DNA of 64,000 nucleotides. Source: Eledone cirrhosa. Lineage: Eukaryota. The DNA lies in the NCBI GenBank assembly GCA_964016885.1, contig OZ024741.1, positions 406,906,001-406,970,000 of the forward strand, written 5' to 3'. The notes below the pieces were generated by a model, which had not been told where the DNA came from, ran no database searches, and worked only from the letters and a program-made list of their open reading frames with translations. Below are positions 39,285 to 51,430 of the stretch, piece after piece. Made by a program: the position numbers and the translations under genes. Numbering within the stretch: the stretch's first letter is position 1; every line of letters starts with the position of its first letter.

Positions 39285-42200
39285 ATGGCTATGCTAAGAG
39301 TAGGCTGTTTAAATGCGCGTGGCCTGGGCTCAACTTGGAAGCAAGCAATGCTTCTAAATGACCTCAGGTCACAACGTATAGATGTGATGGTTATTTGCGA
39401 GGCCCGGATCAGCAACGTGCGACAGCTGGCCCCCACCTTTGATGACTTTGAGATGCACGCATCTCTCTGTCAGCCCGGAGGCGGGGGTGGAGTTGTCGTT
39501 CTGCTGCAAAAACATCTGGGTCTCGCAACACAGATGGTACATTTGGACCCGGAGGGTCGACTAGTGGTTCTGGACCTTGGCAGTGGTAAAGGTGGAGCGT
39601 TTAGGTTGGTAGCCGCCTACGGCCCTTTCGGGTCAATGCGGCCGGACTTCTTCCATCGTCTGGAGACTTTTCTAGGGACGTCCCGCTCCTTGCTATTAGT
39701 GGGGGACTGGAATGGTATCCTAGATGCACGCTGGGACTACGTAGGGGCCTGCCCCGATAGAGAGGGGTGTAATAGCCTCAAAGGGTTAATCGGTCGATTT
39801 GACCTGGCCGATAGATATCGACTAGATTTTCCGACTGCGCCAACCTGGACTTGGGCAAATCGTAGCGGATCATCTAGGTCGTACCTAGATAGGTTCTTAG
39901 TTAGAATTAAGGATAAGGACTTTTTAAGTTGTCCAAAAATGCGCATGGTTGGCTATTCAGACCACAAATTAGTGACCTGCATGGTCAACCTTGACAGAAC
40001 TCATAGACAGGGCCCCGGTTACTGGAAGCTCAACTTGTCCTTGCCGGCAAGTAGAGCCTACAGGAATCGGATTAGTACGTTAGTTAAGGAACGGTTGACT
40101 GGAGCGATCGTCAACAGCAGGTGGTGGGTATCTCTAAAGAGAGAGATTAGAGTAGTCTCGATTGAATTTAGTAAGGTTCTAGCTGCGGATAGGAATAGGA
40201 AGGAAAGGGAGCTAATAGATAGAGTAGAAGAGGCAATTAGAAGCGGCGACGTGGCCAGAGTGCTAGCGTCGAGAACGGCTTTGAGCCAGTTTTTCGACGC
40301 GAAGCACGAAGGCTGCGTTGTCCGAAGTAAAATACGTGCTCTAGGGAACGAGGGGGCCAAAGCTGTTAGCTGGGCCCGCGTGACAGAGGCCAACAGTGGA
40401 ACTAAATCCACCATCCGGTCTTTGCGAGACCTGGATGGACGGGCGATTCTTGAGCCTAAGCAGATGTGTGAGGCCTTTCAAAGGCACTTTGCCCGACTGT
40501 TCGGGAGGGGCGGGGAGCCGGTTGGGAACGTAGACTTCGGTCCATACCTCGACGGCCTGCCGCGCCTCTCGGACAGGGAGGCGAAGTCCTGCGAGGAGCC
40601 GATTTCGGCCGCTGAGATAGAGGACGTGCTGAGCCAATGCGGCAAACGCAAATCCCCGGGTCTCGATGGTCTTCCTTACGAATTATATCTAGCTATGCCG
40701 GACTTGTTCCCCGATCTCCTCGAGGCGGTCTACTGCAACTGGCAACAGAACGGGAGAATTCCCTGTACTGTGACCAAGGGCGTAGTCACGCTAGTGAGGA
40801 AGGACGAGAACAAGGGGGACGAAATAAGTAACTTCAGGCCCATAACTCTGCTAAATACAGAGTTACAGATTTTGGCCAAGGTGCTAGCAAAGAGGTTGGC
40901 GCTTGTCGTGGGCAACCTGGTGGGAGATGCGCAGACATGCGCTATCCCGTCCAGGTCCATCCATGACAACCTCCACCTCATGCGATACATCATAGAGAGG
41001 GTTGGGAACGAACCCGGCTTTGGTGGGGCTCTGATCAACTTGGATCAATCAAAGGCGTTCGATAGGGTCGACCATGGTTACCTGGATGCGGTGCTAGCGG
41101 CGGCAGGCTTCGGACCCGTTTTCAGGGGCTGGATCACTGCTATGCACAGCAGCCGCATCTGCTCTAGGGTCAAGGTGAACGGCTACCTCTCGGAGCCGTT
41201 CCAAATCGCGCGGTCCATCCGACAAGGGTGCCCTCTCTCCTCCCTTCTGTATGTGTTGACTCTCGAGCCACTACTGCGGAAGTTGGAGTTGTTGCAGGGC
41301 ATCCCCTTGGAACCGGGATTGCGGAAAGCGGTGTCGGCCTACGCCGATGACGTGACAGTAATGGTGTCGACGGCCTCCGAAATCGAGGCGGTCGGCACCT
41401 TACTGGAGGAGTACGAAAGGTTCACAGGGGCTAAGCTGAACCGGGACAAGTCGATCGGTTTGCAACTCGGCACGTGGAGGGGCAGACCGATACCCTCCGA
41501 TAGCGTCGTCGGACGCTGGACGGAGGGCCCGGTGAAGTTGCTCGGGGTCTGGTTCGGACCGGACCTCCAGGTGGAGAAAAACTGGGCGGAGGTTACGAAC
41601 AGGGTGTTTGCACTGACCCAGAAGTGGGCCAGTTGCAAACTATCCCTGAAAGGTCGGGCGGAAGTGGCGAACACCTACATAGCGTCCGTCATCTACTACC
41701 GCCTGACCGTAGTGCCCTGCCCAAGGGAAACCCTCACCAAGATGGAGCGCGCGCTCTTCCAATTCCTTTGGAAGAGGCGGGCTCCTATGGTGAGGAGATC
41801 CATCTGCTGTCAACACCCTTCGAAAGGAGGGCTGGGGATGCCGTGGCTAATGATGCGTAAACACGCATTAAGGCTACGGCACCTCTACGTATTCCTCACC
41901 GGACAACCGGTGTGGGCCTCGTTTGTGAGACGAACCTTTCCCAGACTCGTCTCACTCACCGAGCTGCAATCCTGGGTCAAGCAAAGACCGAGAAAACTGG
42001 GCGCCTGGCACACTGAGTGTGCCCAGGCGCTCACCGCCCTCTGGCAGGCGGATCCGGTTATCAGTGGAGACTCCACCGCAACATTCTATAGAGGGCTGGT
42101 ACGCAGCAGGTGCGACGACGCCCTCGGAGAAGCCCTAGACATGGAGGAGGACGAACTGGCCAGCCTGTTCGGTAGGACATTCAGCCCAGGACCTATGGAC

Positions 42201-42722
42201 AACTTCCAGAAGTCCCTGGCCTGGCAGTGCTACCGAGGGGCTTTACCCGTTCGAGAAAGGCTCTACAGACACGGGCGCCCGGGTAGGGACCCCGCCAAAA
42301 AGATCTGTCCCAGATGCGTGTGCGACGAGGAAACCGTTGCACACGCATTGGTACACTGCTCGGGCGTAGCCGATCTGTGGGGCTATGTCGAACAACTGCT
42401 GTCAAGGGTGGGACCGATCCGGTTGACCACCGAGTCTATTGTAATGATCAAGCCGCCTCCCCCCTTCAAAGATGAAGCAGAGGCAGTGTTTCTGTGCGTA
42501 ATAGCCATGGCGAAAGAGGTTGTATGGTGGACGCGTCTGAAAGGACTGAGGTCAGGCACCTTTCTCTCTGGCCAACAACTGGTCCGTTTCTTCCGATATC
42601 ATTTCGGAAGAAGGATCAGGATGGAGAGAGAGGTGCTGCACCCCAGCCGTTTCTATGAAAGATGGGTGAAAGTGGCGAGAATGGCCCGTGTGAATGGGCC
42701 TTCACTCTACATCAGACTATAG
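39285..42722 (+). CDS. ORF2: APE endonuclease, reverse transcriptase and zinc finger
   Basis: Same motifs as copy 1. Seven amino-acid differences from copy 1 were seen by eye. Confidence 0.95.
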   Translation: MAMLRVGCLNARGLGSTWKQAMLLNDLRSQRIDVMVICEARISNVRQLAPTFDDFEMHASLCQPGGGGGVVVLLQKHLGLATQMVHLDPEGRLVVLDLGSGKGGAFRLVAAYGPFGSMRPDFFHRLETFLGTSRSLLLVGDWNGILDARWDYVGACPDREGCNSLKGLIGRFDLADRYRLDFPTAPTWTWANRSGSSRSYLDRFLVRIKDKDFLSCPKMRMVGYSDHKLVTCMVNLDRTHRQGPGYWKLNLSLPASRAYRNRISTLVKERLTGAIVNSRWWVSLKREIRVVSIEFSKVLAADRNRKERELIDRVEEAIRSGDVARVLASRTALSQFFDAKHEGCVVRSKIRALGNEGAKAVSWARVTEANSGTKSTIRSLRDLDGRAILEPKQMCEAFQRHFARLFGRGGEPVGNVDFGPYLDGLPRLSDREAKSCEEPISAAEIEDVLSQCGKRKSPGLDGLPYELYLAMPDLFPDLLEAVYCNWQQNGRIPCTVTKGVVTLVRKDENKGDEISNFRPITLLNTELQILAKVLAKRLALVVGNLVGDAQTCAIPSRSIHDNLHLMRYIIERVGNEPGFGGALINLDQSKAFDRVDHGYLDAVLAAAGFGPVFRGWITAMHSSRICSRVKVNGYLSEPFQIARSIRQGCPLSSLLYVLTLEPLLRKLELLQGIPLEPGLRKAVSAYADDVTVMVSTASEIEAVGTLLEEYERFTGAKLNRDKSIGLQLGTWRGRPIPSDSVVGRWTEGPVKLLGVWFGPDLQVEKNWAEVTNRVFALTQKWASCKLSLKGRAEVANTYIASVIYYRLTVVPCPRETLTKMERALFQFLWKRRAPMVRRSICCQHPSKGGLGMPWLMMRKHALRLRHLYVFLTGQPVWASFVRRTFPRLVSLTELQSWVKQRPRKLGAWHTECAQALTALWQADPVISGDSTATFYRGLVRSRCDDALGEALDMEEDELASLFGRTFSPGPMDNFQKSLAWQCYRGALPVRERLYRHGRPGRDPAKKICPRCVCDEETVAHALVHCSGVADLWGYVEQLLSRVGPIRLTTESIVMIKPPPPFKDEAEAVFLCVIAMAKEVVWWTRLKGLRSGTFLSGQQLVRFFRYHFGRRIRMEREVLHPSRFYERWVKVARMARVNGPSLYIRL

Positions 42723-45700
42723 GTGAGGAAGATGAAAGACCAAGGGAGCACCCCTTCTCTGTGCTCCTGAGGAGAAGGGTTGCACACTTTTTTCGGGGGT
42801 GTGTGCGACCCCCCAAGGCGCCTCCTCTCTATTGAGGATTTTGTTAAAAATTTTATTTTTTGTTATATCTTATTTTATTTTTATATTTTGTTATTGCCTT
42901 CTCCTTATTGAGGACGCCTTTTTGTGTAAACTCCCCCCTTTGTACTTGTCCCACTTTTGATGCCCTAGTGGCAAATAAAAGAAATATATATGTAATGTAT
43001 ATCTACAGTAATGTAGGACTAAGTCTATCTATATGTAATGTATATCTACAGTAATGTTGGACTAAGTCTATCTATCTATATGTAATGTATATCTACAGTA
43101 ATGTAGGACTAAGTCTATCTATCTATATGTAATGTATATCTACAGTAATGTAGGACTAAGTCTATCTATCAATATGTAATGTATATCTACAGTAATGTAG
43201 GACTAAGTCTATCTATCTATATGTAATGTATAACTACAGTAATGTAGGACTAAGTCTATCTATCAATATGTAATGTATATCTACAGTAATGTAGGACTAA
43301 GTCTATCTATCTATATGTAATGTATATCTACAGTAATGTAGGACTAAGTCTATCTATATGTAATGTATATCTACAGTAATGTAGGAGTAAGTCTATCTAT
43401 CTATATGTAATGTATATCTACAGTAATGTAGGACTAAGTCTATCTATCTATATGTAATGTATATCTACAGTAATGTAGGACTAAGTCTATCTATATGTAA
43501 TGTATATCTACAGTAATGTAGGACTAAGTCTATCTATCTATATGTAATGTATATCTACAGTAATGTAGGGCTAAGTCTATCTATCTATATGTAATGTATA
43601 TCTACAGTAATGTAGAACTAAGTCTATCTATATGTAATGTATATCTACAGTAATGTAGGACTAAGTCTATCTATCTATATGTAATGTATATCTACAGTAA
43701 TGTAGGGCTAAGTCTATCTATATGTAATGTATATCTACAGTAATGTAGGAGTAAGTCTATCTATCTATATGTAATGTATATCTACAGTAATGTAGGACTA
43801 AGTCTATCTATCAATATGTAATGTATATCTACAGTAATGTAGGACTAAGTCTATCTATCTATATGTAATGTATATCTACAGTAATGTAGGACTAAGTCTA
43901 TCTATCTATATGTAATGTATATCTACAGTAATGTAGGACTAAGTCTATCTATCTATATGTAATGTATATCTACAGTAATGTAGGACTAAGTCTATCTATC
44001 TATATGTAATGTATATCTACAGTAATGTAGGACTAAGTCTATCTATCTATATGTAATGTATATCTACAGTAATGTAGGACTAAGTCTATCTATCTATATG
44101 TAATGTATATCTACAGTAATGTAGGACTAAGTCTATCTATCTATATGTAATGTATATCTACAGTAATGTAGGACTAAGTCTATCTATCTATATGTAATGT
44201 ATATCTACAGTAATGTAGGACTAAGTCTATCTATATGTAATGTATATCTACAGTAATGTAGGACTAAGTCTATCTATCTATATGTAATGTATATCTACAG
44301 TAATGTAGGACTAAGTCTATCTATCTATATGTAATGTATATCTACAGTAATGTAGGACTAAGTCTATCTATCTATATGTAATGTATATCTACAGTAATGT
44401 AGGACTAAGTCTATCTATCTATATGTAATGTATATCTACAGTAATGTAGGAGTAAGTCTATCTATCTATATGTAATGTATATCTACAGTAATGTAGGACT
44501 AAGTCTATCTATCTATATGTAATGTATATCTACAGTAATGTAGGAGTAAGTCTATCTATCTATATGTAATGTATATCTACAGTAATGTAGGACTAAGTCT
44601 ATCTATCTATATGTAATGTATATCTACAGTAATGTAGGACTAAGTCTATCTATCTATATGTAATGTATATCTACAGTAATGTAGGACTAAGTCTATCTAT
44701 CTATATGTAATGTATATCTACAGTAATGTAGGACTAAGTCTATCTATCTATATGTAATGTATATATACAGTAATGTAGGACTAAGTCTATCTATCTATAT
44801 GTAATGTATATCTACAGTAATGTAGGACTAAGTCTATCTATCAATATGTAATGTATATCTACAGTAATGTAGGACTAAGTCTATCTATCTATATGTAATG
44901 TATATCTACAGTAATGTAGGACTAAGTCTATCTATATGTAATGTATATCTACAGTAATGTAGGAGTAAGTCTATCTATCTATATGTAATGTATATCTACA
45001 GTAATGTAGGACTAAGTCTATCTATCTATATGTAATGTATATCTACAGTAATGTAGGACTAAGTCTATCTATCTATATGTAATGTATATCTACAGTAATG
45101 TAGGACTAAGTCTATCTATATGTAATGTATATCTACAGTAATGTAGGACTAAGTCTATCTATATGTAATGTATATCTACAGTAATGTAGGACTACGTCTA
45201 TCTATCTATATGTAATGTATATCTACAGTAATGTAGGACTAAGTCTATCTATCTATATGTAATGTATATCTACAGTAATATAGGACTAAGTCTATCTATC
45301 AATATGTAATGTATAACTACAGTAATGTAGGACTAAGTCTATCTATCTATATGTAATGTATATCTACAGTAATGTAGGACTAAGTCTATCTATATGTAAT
45401 GTATATCTACAGTAATGTAGGACTAAGTCTATCTATCTATATGTAATGTATATCTACAGTAATGTAGGACTAAGTCTATCTATCTATATGTAATGTATAT
45501 CTACAGTAATGTAGGACTAAGTCTATCTATCTATATGTAATGTATATCTACAGTAATGTAGGACTAAGTCTATCTATATGTAATGTATATCTACAGTAAT
45601 GTAGGAGTAAGTCTATCTATCTACATGTAATGTATATCTACAGTAATGTAGGACTAAGTCTATCTATCTATATGTAATGTATATCTACAGTAATGTAGGA

Positions 45701-46810
45701 GTAAGTCTATCTATCTATATGTAATGTATATATACAGTAATGTAGGACTAAGTCTATCTATCTATATGTAATGTATATCTACAGTAATGTAGGACTAAGT
45801 CTATCTATATGTAATGTATATCTACAGTAATGTAGGACTAAGTCTATCTATATGTAATGTATAACTACAGTAATGTAGGACTAAGTCTATCTATCAATAT
45901 GTAATGTATATCTACAGTAATGTAGGACTAAGTCTATCTATCTATATGTAATGTATAACTACAGTAATGTAGGACTAAGTCTATCTATCTATATGTAATG
46001 TATATCTACAGTAATGTAGGACTAAGTCTATCTATCTATATGTAATGTATATCTACAGTAATGTAGGACTAAGTCTATCTATCTATATGTAATGTATATC
46101 TACAGTAATGTAGGACTAAGTCTATCTATCTATATGTAATGTATATCTACAGTAATGTAGGACTAAGTCTATCTATCTATATGTAATGTATATCTACAGT
46201 AATGTAGGACTAAGTCTATCTATCAATATGTAATGTATATCTACAGTAATGTAGGACTAAGTCTATCTATCAATATGTAATGTATATCTACAGTAATGTA
46301 GGACTAAGTCTATCTATATGTAATGTATATCTACAGTAATGTAGGACTACGTCTATCTATCTATATGTAATGTATATCTACAGTAATGTAGGACTAAGTC
46401 TATCTATCTATATGTAATGTATATCTACAGTAATGTAGGACTAAGTCTATCTATCTATATGTAATGTATATCTACAGTAATGTAGGACTAAGTCTATCTA
46501 TATGTAATGTATATCTACAGTAATGTAGGACTAAGTCTATCTATATGTAATGTATATCTACAGTAATGTAGGACTAAGTCTATCTATCTATATGTAATGT
46601 ATATCTACAGTAATGTAGGAGTAAGTCTATCTATCTATATGTAATGTATAACTACAGTAATGTAGGAGTAAGTCTATCTATCTATATGTAATGTATATCT
46701 ACAGTAATGTAGGACTAAGTCTATCTATCTATATGTAATGTATATCTACAGTAATGTAGGACTAAGTCTATCTATCTAAGGATAGACTCTACGGGAGTCT
46801 ATCCATTCTC

Positions 46811-47968
46811 ATGAAGGACAGGGACACAGCAGTGAAACTGTCCATCAAACCAATCACATCCACCGCATACACCTTCTACCCTACGTACATGGGTAGAAGA
46901 ACACAAAAAATAAAAATCCACACCATCCTGCCGATTATGGACATATGGTGGGTTTTGACAGGTTTTCTGGACCTGGAGGATGACATGCTGGTGTCCATGG
47001 GAAAGGCATCGGGTGACGCGTTCAGTGGAACGAGCCTCGAACTTGTAGTTCAAATGAGGCCCGAAAGGATCGCCCAGATCCCTGAACGCGTCATACTGGA
47101 TGATCTAACCTTCATCAACATTACCGTTGAGGGTAGACGGCCCTCGTGTTACCTCTGCGGAACCAGAGGTCACCTGAGGGCTGTCTGTCCCCAACTTAAT
47201 AAGAAAACCCCAATCCTGCCTACACCACCAACAACTGCACAACAAACACAATCACCACAACTACCACTACAAAAACAACCACCACAGCTCAAACCAAAAC
47301 AAAACAATGTCCAACCCATCCCCTCCACTCAAAAAACAAAAACAATTTCCAAAACACCCGTACCGCAAACACAACCCGAAAATATACCCCTCCCCTCCAA
47401 CGCGGAAGATGACCCTAGTTCGTCGTCAGACGAGGAGGAGCACTTCCACACAATCAAAAGAAAAAAAAGAAAACACACCTCAGACACACAAATGAAAAAA
47501 ACCCCTCCCCAAAACATAACACTGACACCAACACAAAAGAGCTCACAACAACAGCAAACAAAAAACACCACACAAAAACAAAAACATGCATACACATACA
47601 TAAATACAAGAAACAAAAAACTGTTAAACATTGTGTACAACAACAATCTAATAAAAACACAAGGGCCTAACTTCACCCAGGCAGGGGATTTCCCCCACCT
47701 CAAAATGATTAAGGCCCCACAGGACACCTATAAAACTTTAAAAAACAATTTTAAAGAGGACGTGGGTCCCCCCTGCGTCGGGCCCATTAACCGCGTCCTC
47801 CTAAAAAACTATCCCACCCCCTCCCCAAACACCCACACAACTCCAAGCTCCCCAACCACACATCACACTGATGCCCCCACACTTCCACAAACCACCACCC
47901 CACCCAACAACCCATCCCCCACCCTAATGGAAATTGTGCAGCCCGATACCCGGGACGCAGAGAGGTAA
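46811..47968 (+). CDS. ORF1 with CCHC zinc knuckle (likely N-terminally incomplete)
   Basis: Translation is the same as 38103-39260. Confidence 0.88.
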   Translation: MKDRDTAVKLSIKPITSTAYTFYPTYMGRRTQKIKIHTILPIMDIWWVLTGFLDLEDDMLVSMGKASGDAFSGTSLELVVQMRPERIAQIPERVILDDLTFINITVEGRRPSCYLCGTRGHLRAVCPQLNKKTPILPTPPTTAQQTQSPQLPLQKQPPQLKPKQNNVQPIPSTQKTKTISKTPVPQTQPENIPLPSNAEDDPSSSSDEEEHFHTIKRKKRKHTSDTQMKKTPPQNITLTPTQKSSQQQQTKNTTQKQKHAYTYINTRNKKLLNIVYNNNLIKTQGPNFTQAGDFPHLKMIKAPQDTYKTLKNNFKEDVGPPCVGPINRVLLKNYPTPSPNTHTTPSSPTTHHTDAPTLPQTTTPPNNPSPTLMEIVQPDTRDAER

Positions 47969-47992
47969 GTGCCTTTTCTCTTCACTACCAAC

Positions 47993-50900
47993 ATGGCTAT
48001 GCTAAGAGTAGGCTGTTTAAATGCGCGTGGCCTGGGCTCAACTTGGAAGCAAGCAATGCTTCTAAATGACCTCAGGTCACAACGTATAGATGTGATGGTT
48101 ATTTGCGAGGCCCGGATCAGCAACGTGCGACAGCTGGCCCCCACCTTTGATGACTTTGAGATGCACGCATCTCTCTGTCAGCCCGGAGGCGGGGGTGGAG
48201 TTGTCGTTCTGCTGCAAAAACATCTGGGTCTCGCAACACAGATGGTACATTTGGACCCGGAGGGTCGACTAGTGGTTCTGGACCTTGGCAGTGGTAAAGG
48301 TGGAGCGTTTAGGTTGGTAGCCGCCTACGGCCCTTTCGGGTCAATGCGGCCGGACTTCTTCCATCGTCTGGAGACTTTTCTAGGGACGTCCCGCTCCTTG
48401 CTATTAGTGGGGGACTGGAATGGTATCCTAGATGCACGCTGGGACTACGTAGGGGCCTGCCCCGATAGAGAGGGGTGTAATAGCCTCAAAGGGTTAATCG
48501 GTCGATTTGACCTGGCCGATAGATATCGACTAGATTTTCCGACTGCGCCAACCTGGACTTGGGCAAATCGTAGCGGATCATCTAGGTCGTACCTAGATAG
48601 GTTCTTAGTTAGAATTAAGGATAAGGACTTTTTAAGTTGTCCAAAAATGCGCATGGTTGGCTATTCAGACCACAAATTAGTGACCTGCATGGTCAACCTT
48701 GACAGAACTCATAGACAGGGCCCCGGTTACTGGAAGCTCAACTTGTCCTTGCCGGCAAGTAGAGCCTACAGGAATCGGATTAGTACGTTAGTTAAGGAAC
48801 GGTTGACTGGAGCGATCGTCAACAGCAGGTGGTGGGTATCTCTAAAGAGAGAGATTAGAGTAGTCTCGATTGAATTTAGTAAGGTTCTAGCTGCGGATAG
48901 GAATAGGAAGGAAAGGGAGCTAATAGATAGAGTAGAAGAGGCAATTAGAAGCGGCGACGTGGCCAGAGTGCTAGCGTCGAGAACGGCTTTGAGCCAGTTT
49001 TTCGACGCGAAGCACGAAGGCTGCGTTGTCCGAAGTAAAATACGTGCTCTAGGGAACGAGGGGGCCAAAGCTGTTAGCTGGGCCCGCGTGACAGAGGCCA
49101 ACAGTGGAACTAAATCCACCATCCGGTCTTTGCGAGACCTGGATGGACGGGCGATTCTTGAGCCTAAGCAGATGTGTGAGGCCTTTCAAAGGCACTTTGC
49201 CCGACTGTTCGGGAGGGGCGGGGAGCCGGTTGGGAACGTAGACTTCGGTCCATACCTCGACGGCCTGCCGCGCCTCTCGGACAGGGAGGCGAAGTCCTGC
49301 GAGGAGCCGATTTCGGCCGCTGAGATAGAGGACGTGCTGAGCCAATGCGGCAAACGCAAATCCCCGGGTCTCGATGGTCTTCCTTACGAATTATATCTAG
49401 CTATGCCGGACTTGTTCCCCGATCTCCTCGAGGCGGTCTACTGCAACTGGCAACAGAACGGGAGAATTCCCTGTACTGTGACCAAGGGCGTAGTCACGCT
49501 AGTGAGGAAGGACGAGAACAAGGGGGACGAAATAAGTAACTTCAGGCCCATAACTCTGCTAAATACAGAGTTACAGATTTTGGCCAAGGTGCTAGCAAAG
49601 AGGTTGGCGCTTGTCGTGGGCAACCTGGTGGGAGATGCGCAGACATGCGCTATCCCGTCCAGGTCCATCCATGACAACCTCCACCTCATGCGATACATCA
49701 TAGAGAGGGTTGGGAACGAACCCGGCTTTGGTGGGGCTCTGATCAACTTGGATCAATCAAAGGCGTTCGATAGGGTCGACCATGGTTACCTGGATGCGGT
49801 GCTAGCGGCGGCAGGCTTCGGACCCGTTTTCAGGGGCTGGATCACTGCTATGCACAGCAGCCGCATCTGCTCTAGGGTCAAGGTGAACGGCTACCTCTCG
49901 GAGCCGTTCCAAATCGCGCGGTCCATCCGACAAGGGTGCCCTCTCTCCTCCCTTCTGTATGTGTTGACTCTCGAGCCACTACTGCGGAAGTTGGAGTTGT
50001 TGCAGGGCATCCCCTTGGAACCGGGATTGCGGAAAGCGGTGTCGGCCTACGCCGATGACGTGACAGTAATGGTGTCGACGGCCTCCGAAATCGAGGCGGT
50101 CGGCACCTTACTGGAGGAGTACGAAAGGTTCACAGGGGCTAAGCTGAACCGGGACAAGTCGATCGGTTTGCAACTCGGCACGTGGAGGGGCAGACCGATA
50201 CCCTCCGATAGCGTCGTCGGACGCTGGACGGAGGGCCCGGTGAAGTTGCTCGGGGTCTGGTTCGGACCGGACCTCCAGGTGGAGAAAAACTGGGCGGAGG
50301 TTACGAACAGGGTGTTTGCACTGACCCAGAAGTGGGCCAGTTGCAAACTATCCCTGAAAGGTCGGGCGGAAGTGGCGAACACCTACATAGCGTCCGTCAT
50401 CTACTACCGCCTGACCGTAGTGCCCTGCCCAAGGGAAACCCTCACCAAGATGGAGCGCGCGCTCTTCCAATTCCTTTGGAAGAGGCGGGCTCCTATGGTG
50501 AGGAGATCCATCTGCTGTCAACACCCTTCGAAAGGAGGGCTGGGGATGCCGTGGCTAATGATGCGTAAACACGCATTAAGGCTACGGCACCTCTACGTAT
50601 TCCTCACCGGACAACCGGTGTGGGCCTCGTTTGTGAGACGAACCTTTCCCAGACTCGTCTCACTCACCGAGCTGCAATCCTGGGTCAAGCAAAGACCGAG
50701 AAAACTGGGCGCCTGGCACACTGAGTGTGCCCAGGCGCTCACCGCCCTCTGGCAGGCGGATCCGGTTATCAGTGGAGACTCCACCGCAACATTCTATAGA
50801 GGGCTGGTACGCAGCAGGTGCGACGACGCCCTCGGAGAAGCCCTAGACATGGAGGAGGACGAACTGGCCAGCCTGTTCGGTAGGACATTCAGCCCAGGAC

Positions 50901-51430
50901 CTATGGACAACTTCCAGAAGTCCCTGGCCTGGCAGTGCTACCGAGGGGCTTTACCCGTTCGAGAAAGGCTCTACAGACACGGGCGCCCGGGTAGGGACCC
51001 CGCCAAAAAGATCTGTCCCAGATGCGTGTGCGACGAGGAAACCGTTGCACACGCATTGGTACACTGCTCGGGCGTAGCCGATCTGTGGGGCTATGTCGAA
51101 CAACTGCTGTCAAGGGTGGGACCGATCCGGTTGACCACCGAGTCTATTGTAATGATCAAGCCGCCTCCCCCCTTCAAAGATGAAGCAGAGGCAGTGTTTC
51201 TGTGCGTAATAGCCATGGCGAAAGAGGTTGTATGGTGGACGCGTCTGAAAGGACTGAGGTCAGGCACCTTTCTCTCTGGCCAACAACTGGTCCGTTTCTT
51301 CCGATATCATTTCGGAAGAAGGATCAGGATGGAGAGAGAGGTGCTGCACCCCAGCCGTTTCTATGAAAGATGGGTGAAAGTGGCGAGAATGGCCCGTGTG
51401 AATGGGCCTTCACTCTACATCAGACTATAG
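47993..51430 (+). CDS. ORF2: APE endonuclease, reverse transcriptase and zinc finger
   Basis: Translation is the same as copy 3 ORF2. Confidence 0.95.
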   Translation: MAMLRVGCLNARGLGSTWKQAMLLNDLRSQRIDVMVICEARISNVRQLAPTFDDFEMHASLCQPGGGGGVVVLLQKHLGLATQMVHLDPEGRLVVLDLGSGKGGAFRLVAAYGPFGSMRPDFFHRLETFLGTSRSLLLVGDWNGILDARWDYVGACPDREGCNSLKGLIGRFDLADRYRLDFPTAPTWTWANRSGSSRSYLDRFLVRIKDKDFLSCPKMRMVGYSDHKLVTCMVNLDRTHRQGPGYWKLNLSLPASRAYRNRISTLVKERLTGAIVNSRWWVSLKREIRVVSIEFSKVLAADRNRKERELIDRVEEAIRSGDVARVLASRTALSQFFDAKHEGCVVRSKIRALGNEGAKAVSWARVTEANSGTKSTIRSLRDLDGRAILEPKQMCEAFQRHFARLFGRGGEPVGNVDFGPYLDGLPRLSDREAKSCEEPISAAEIEDVLSQCGKRKSPGLDGLPYELYLAMPDLFPDLLEAVYCNWQQNGRIPCTVTKGVVTLVRKDENKGDEISNFRPITLLNTELQILAKVLAKRLALVVGNLVGDAQTCAIPSRSIHDNLHLMRYIIERVGNEPGFGGALINLDQSKAFDRVDHGYLDAVLAAAGFGPVFRGWITAMHSSRICSRVKVNGYLSEPFQIARSIRQGCPLSSLLYVLTLEPLLRKLELLQGIPLEPGLRKAVSAYADDVTVMVSTASEIEAVGTLLEEYERFTGAKLNRDKSIGLQLGTWRGRPIPSDSVVGRWTEGPVKLLGVWFGPDLQVEKNWAEVTNRVFALTQKWASCKLSLKGRAEVANTYIASVIYYRLTVVPCPRETLTKMERALFQFLWKRRAPMVRRSICCQHPSKGGLGMPWLMMRKHALRLRHLYVFLTGQPVWASFVRRTFPRLVSLTELQSWVKQRPRKLGAWHTECAQALTALWQADPVISGDSTATFYRGLVRSRCDDALGEALDMEEDELASLFGRTFSPGPMDNFQKSLAWQCYRGALPVRERLYRHGRPGRDPAKKICPRCVCDEETVAHALVHCSGVADLWGYVEQLLSRVGPIRLTTESIVMIKPPPPFKDEAEAVFLCVIAMAKEVVWWTRLKGLRSGTFLSGQQLVRFFRYHFGRRIRMEREVLHPSRFYERWVKVARMARVNGPSLYIRL

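Larger units (their letters stand above)
38071..42986 (+). mobile_element. Tx1-like copy 3 (about 4.9 kb; ORF1 probably 5'-truncated, ORF2 intact)
   Basis: ORF1, ORF2 and 3' UTR between satellite flanks. The ORF1 frame stays open up to the satellite junction and no 5' UTR is present. Confidence 0.95.
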
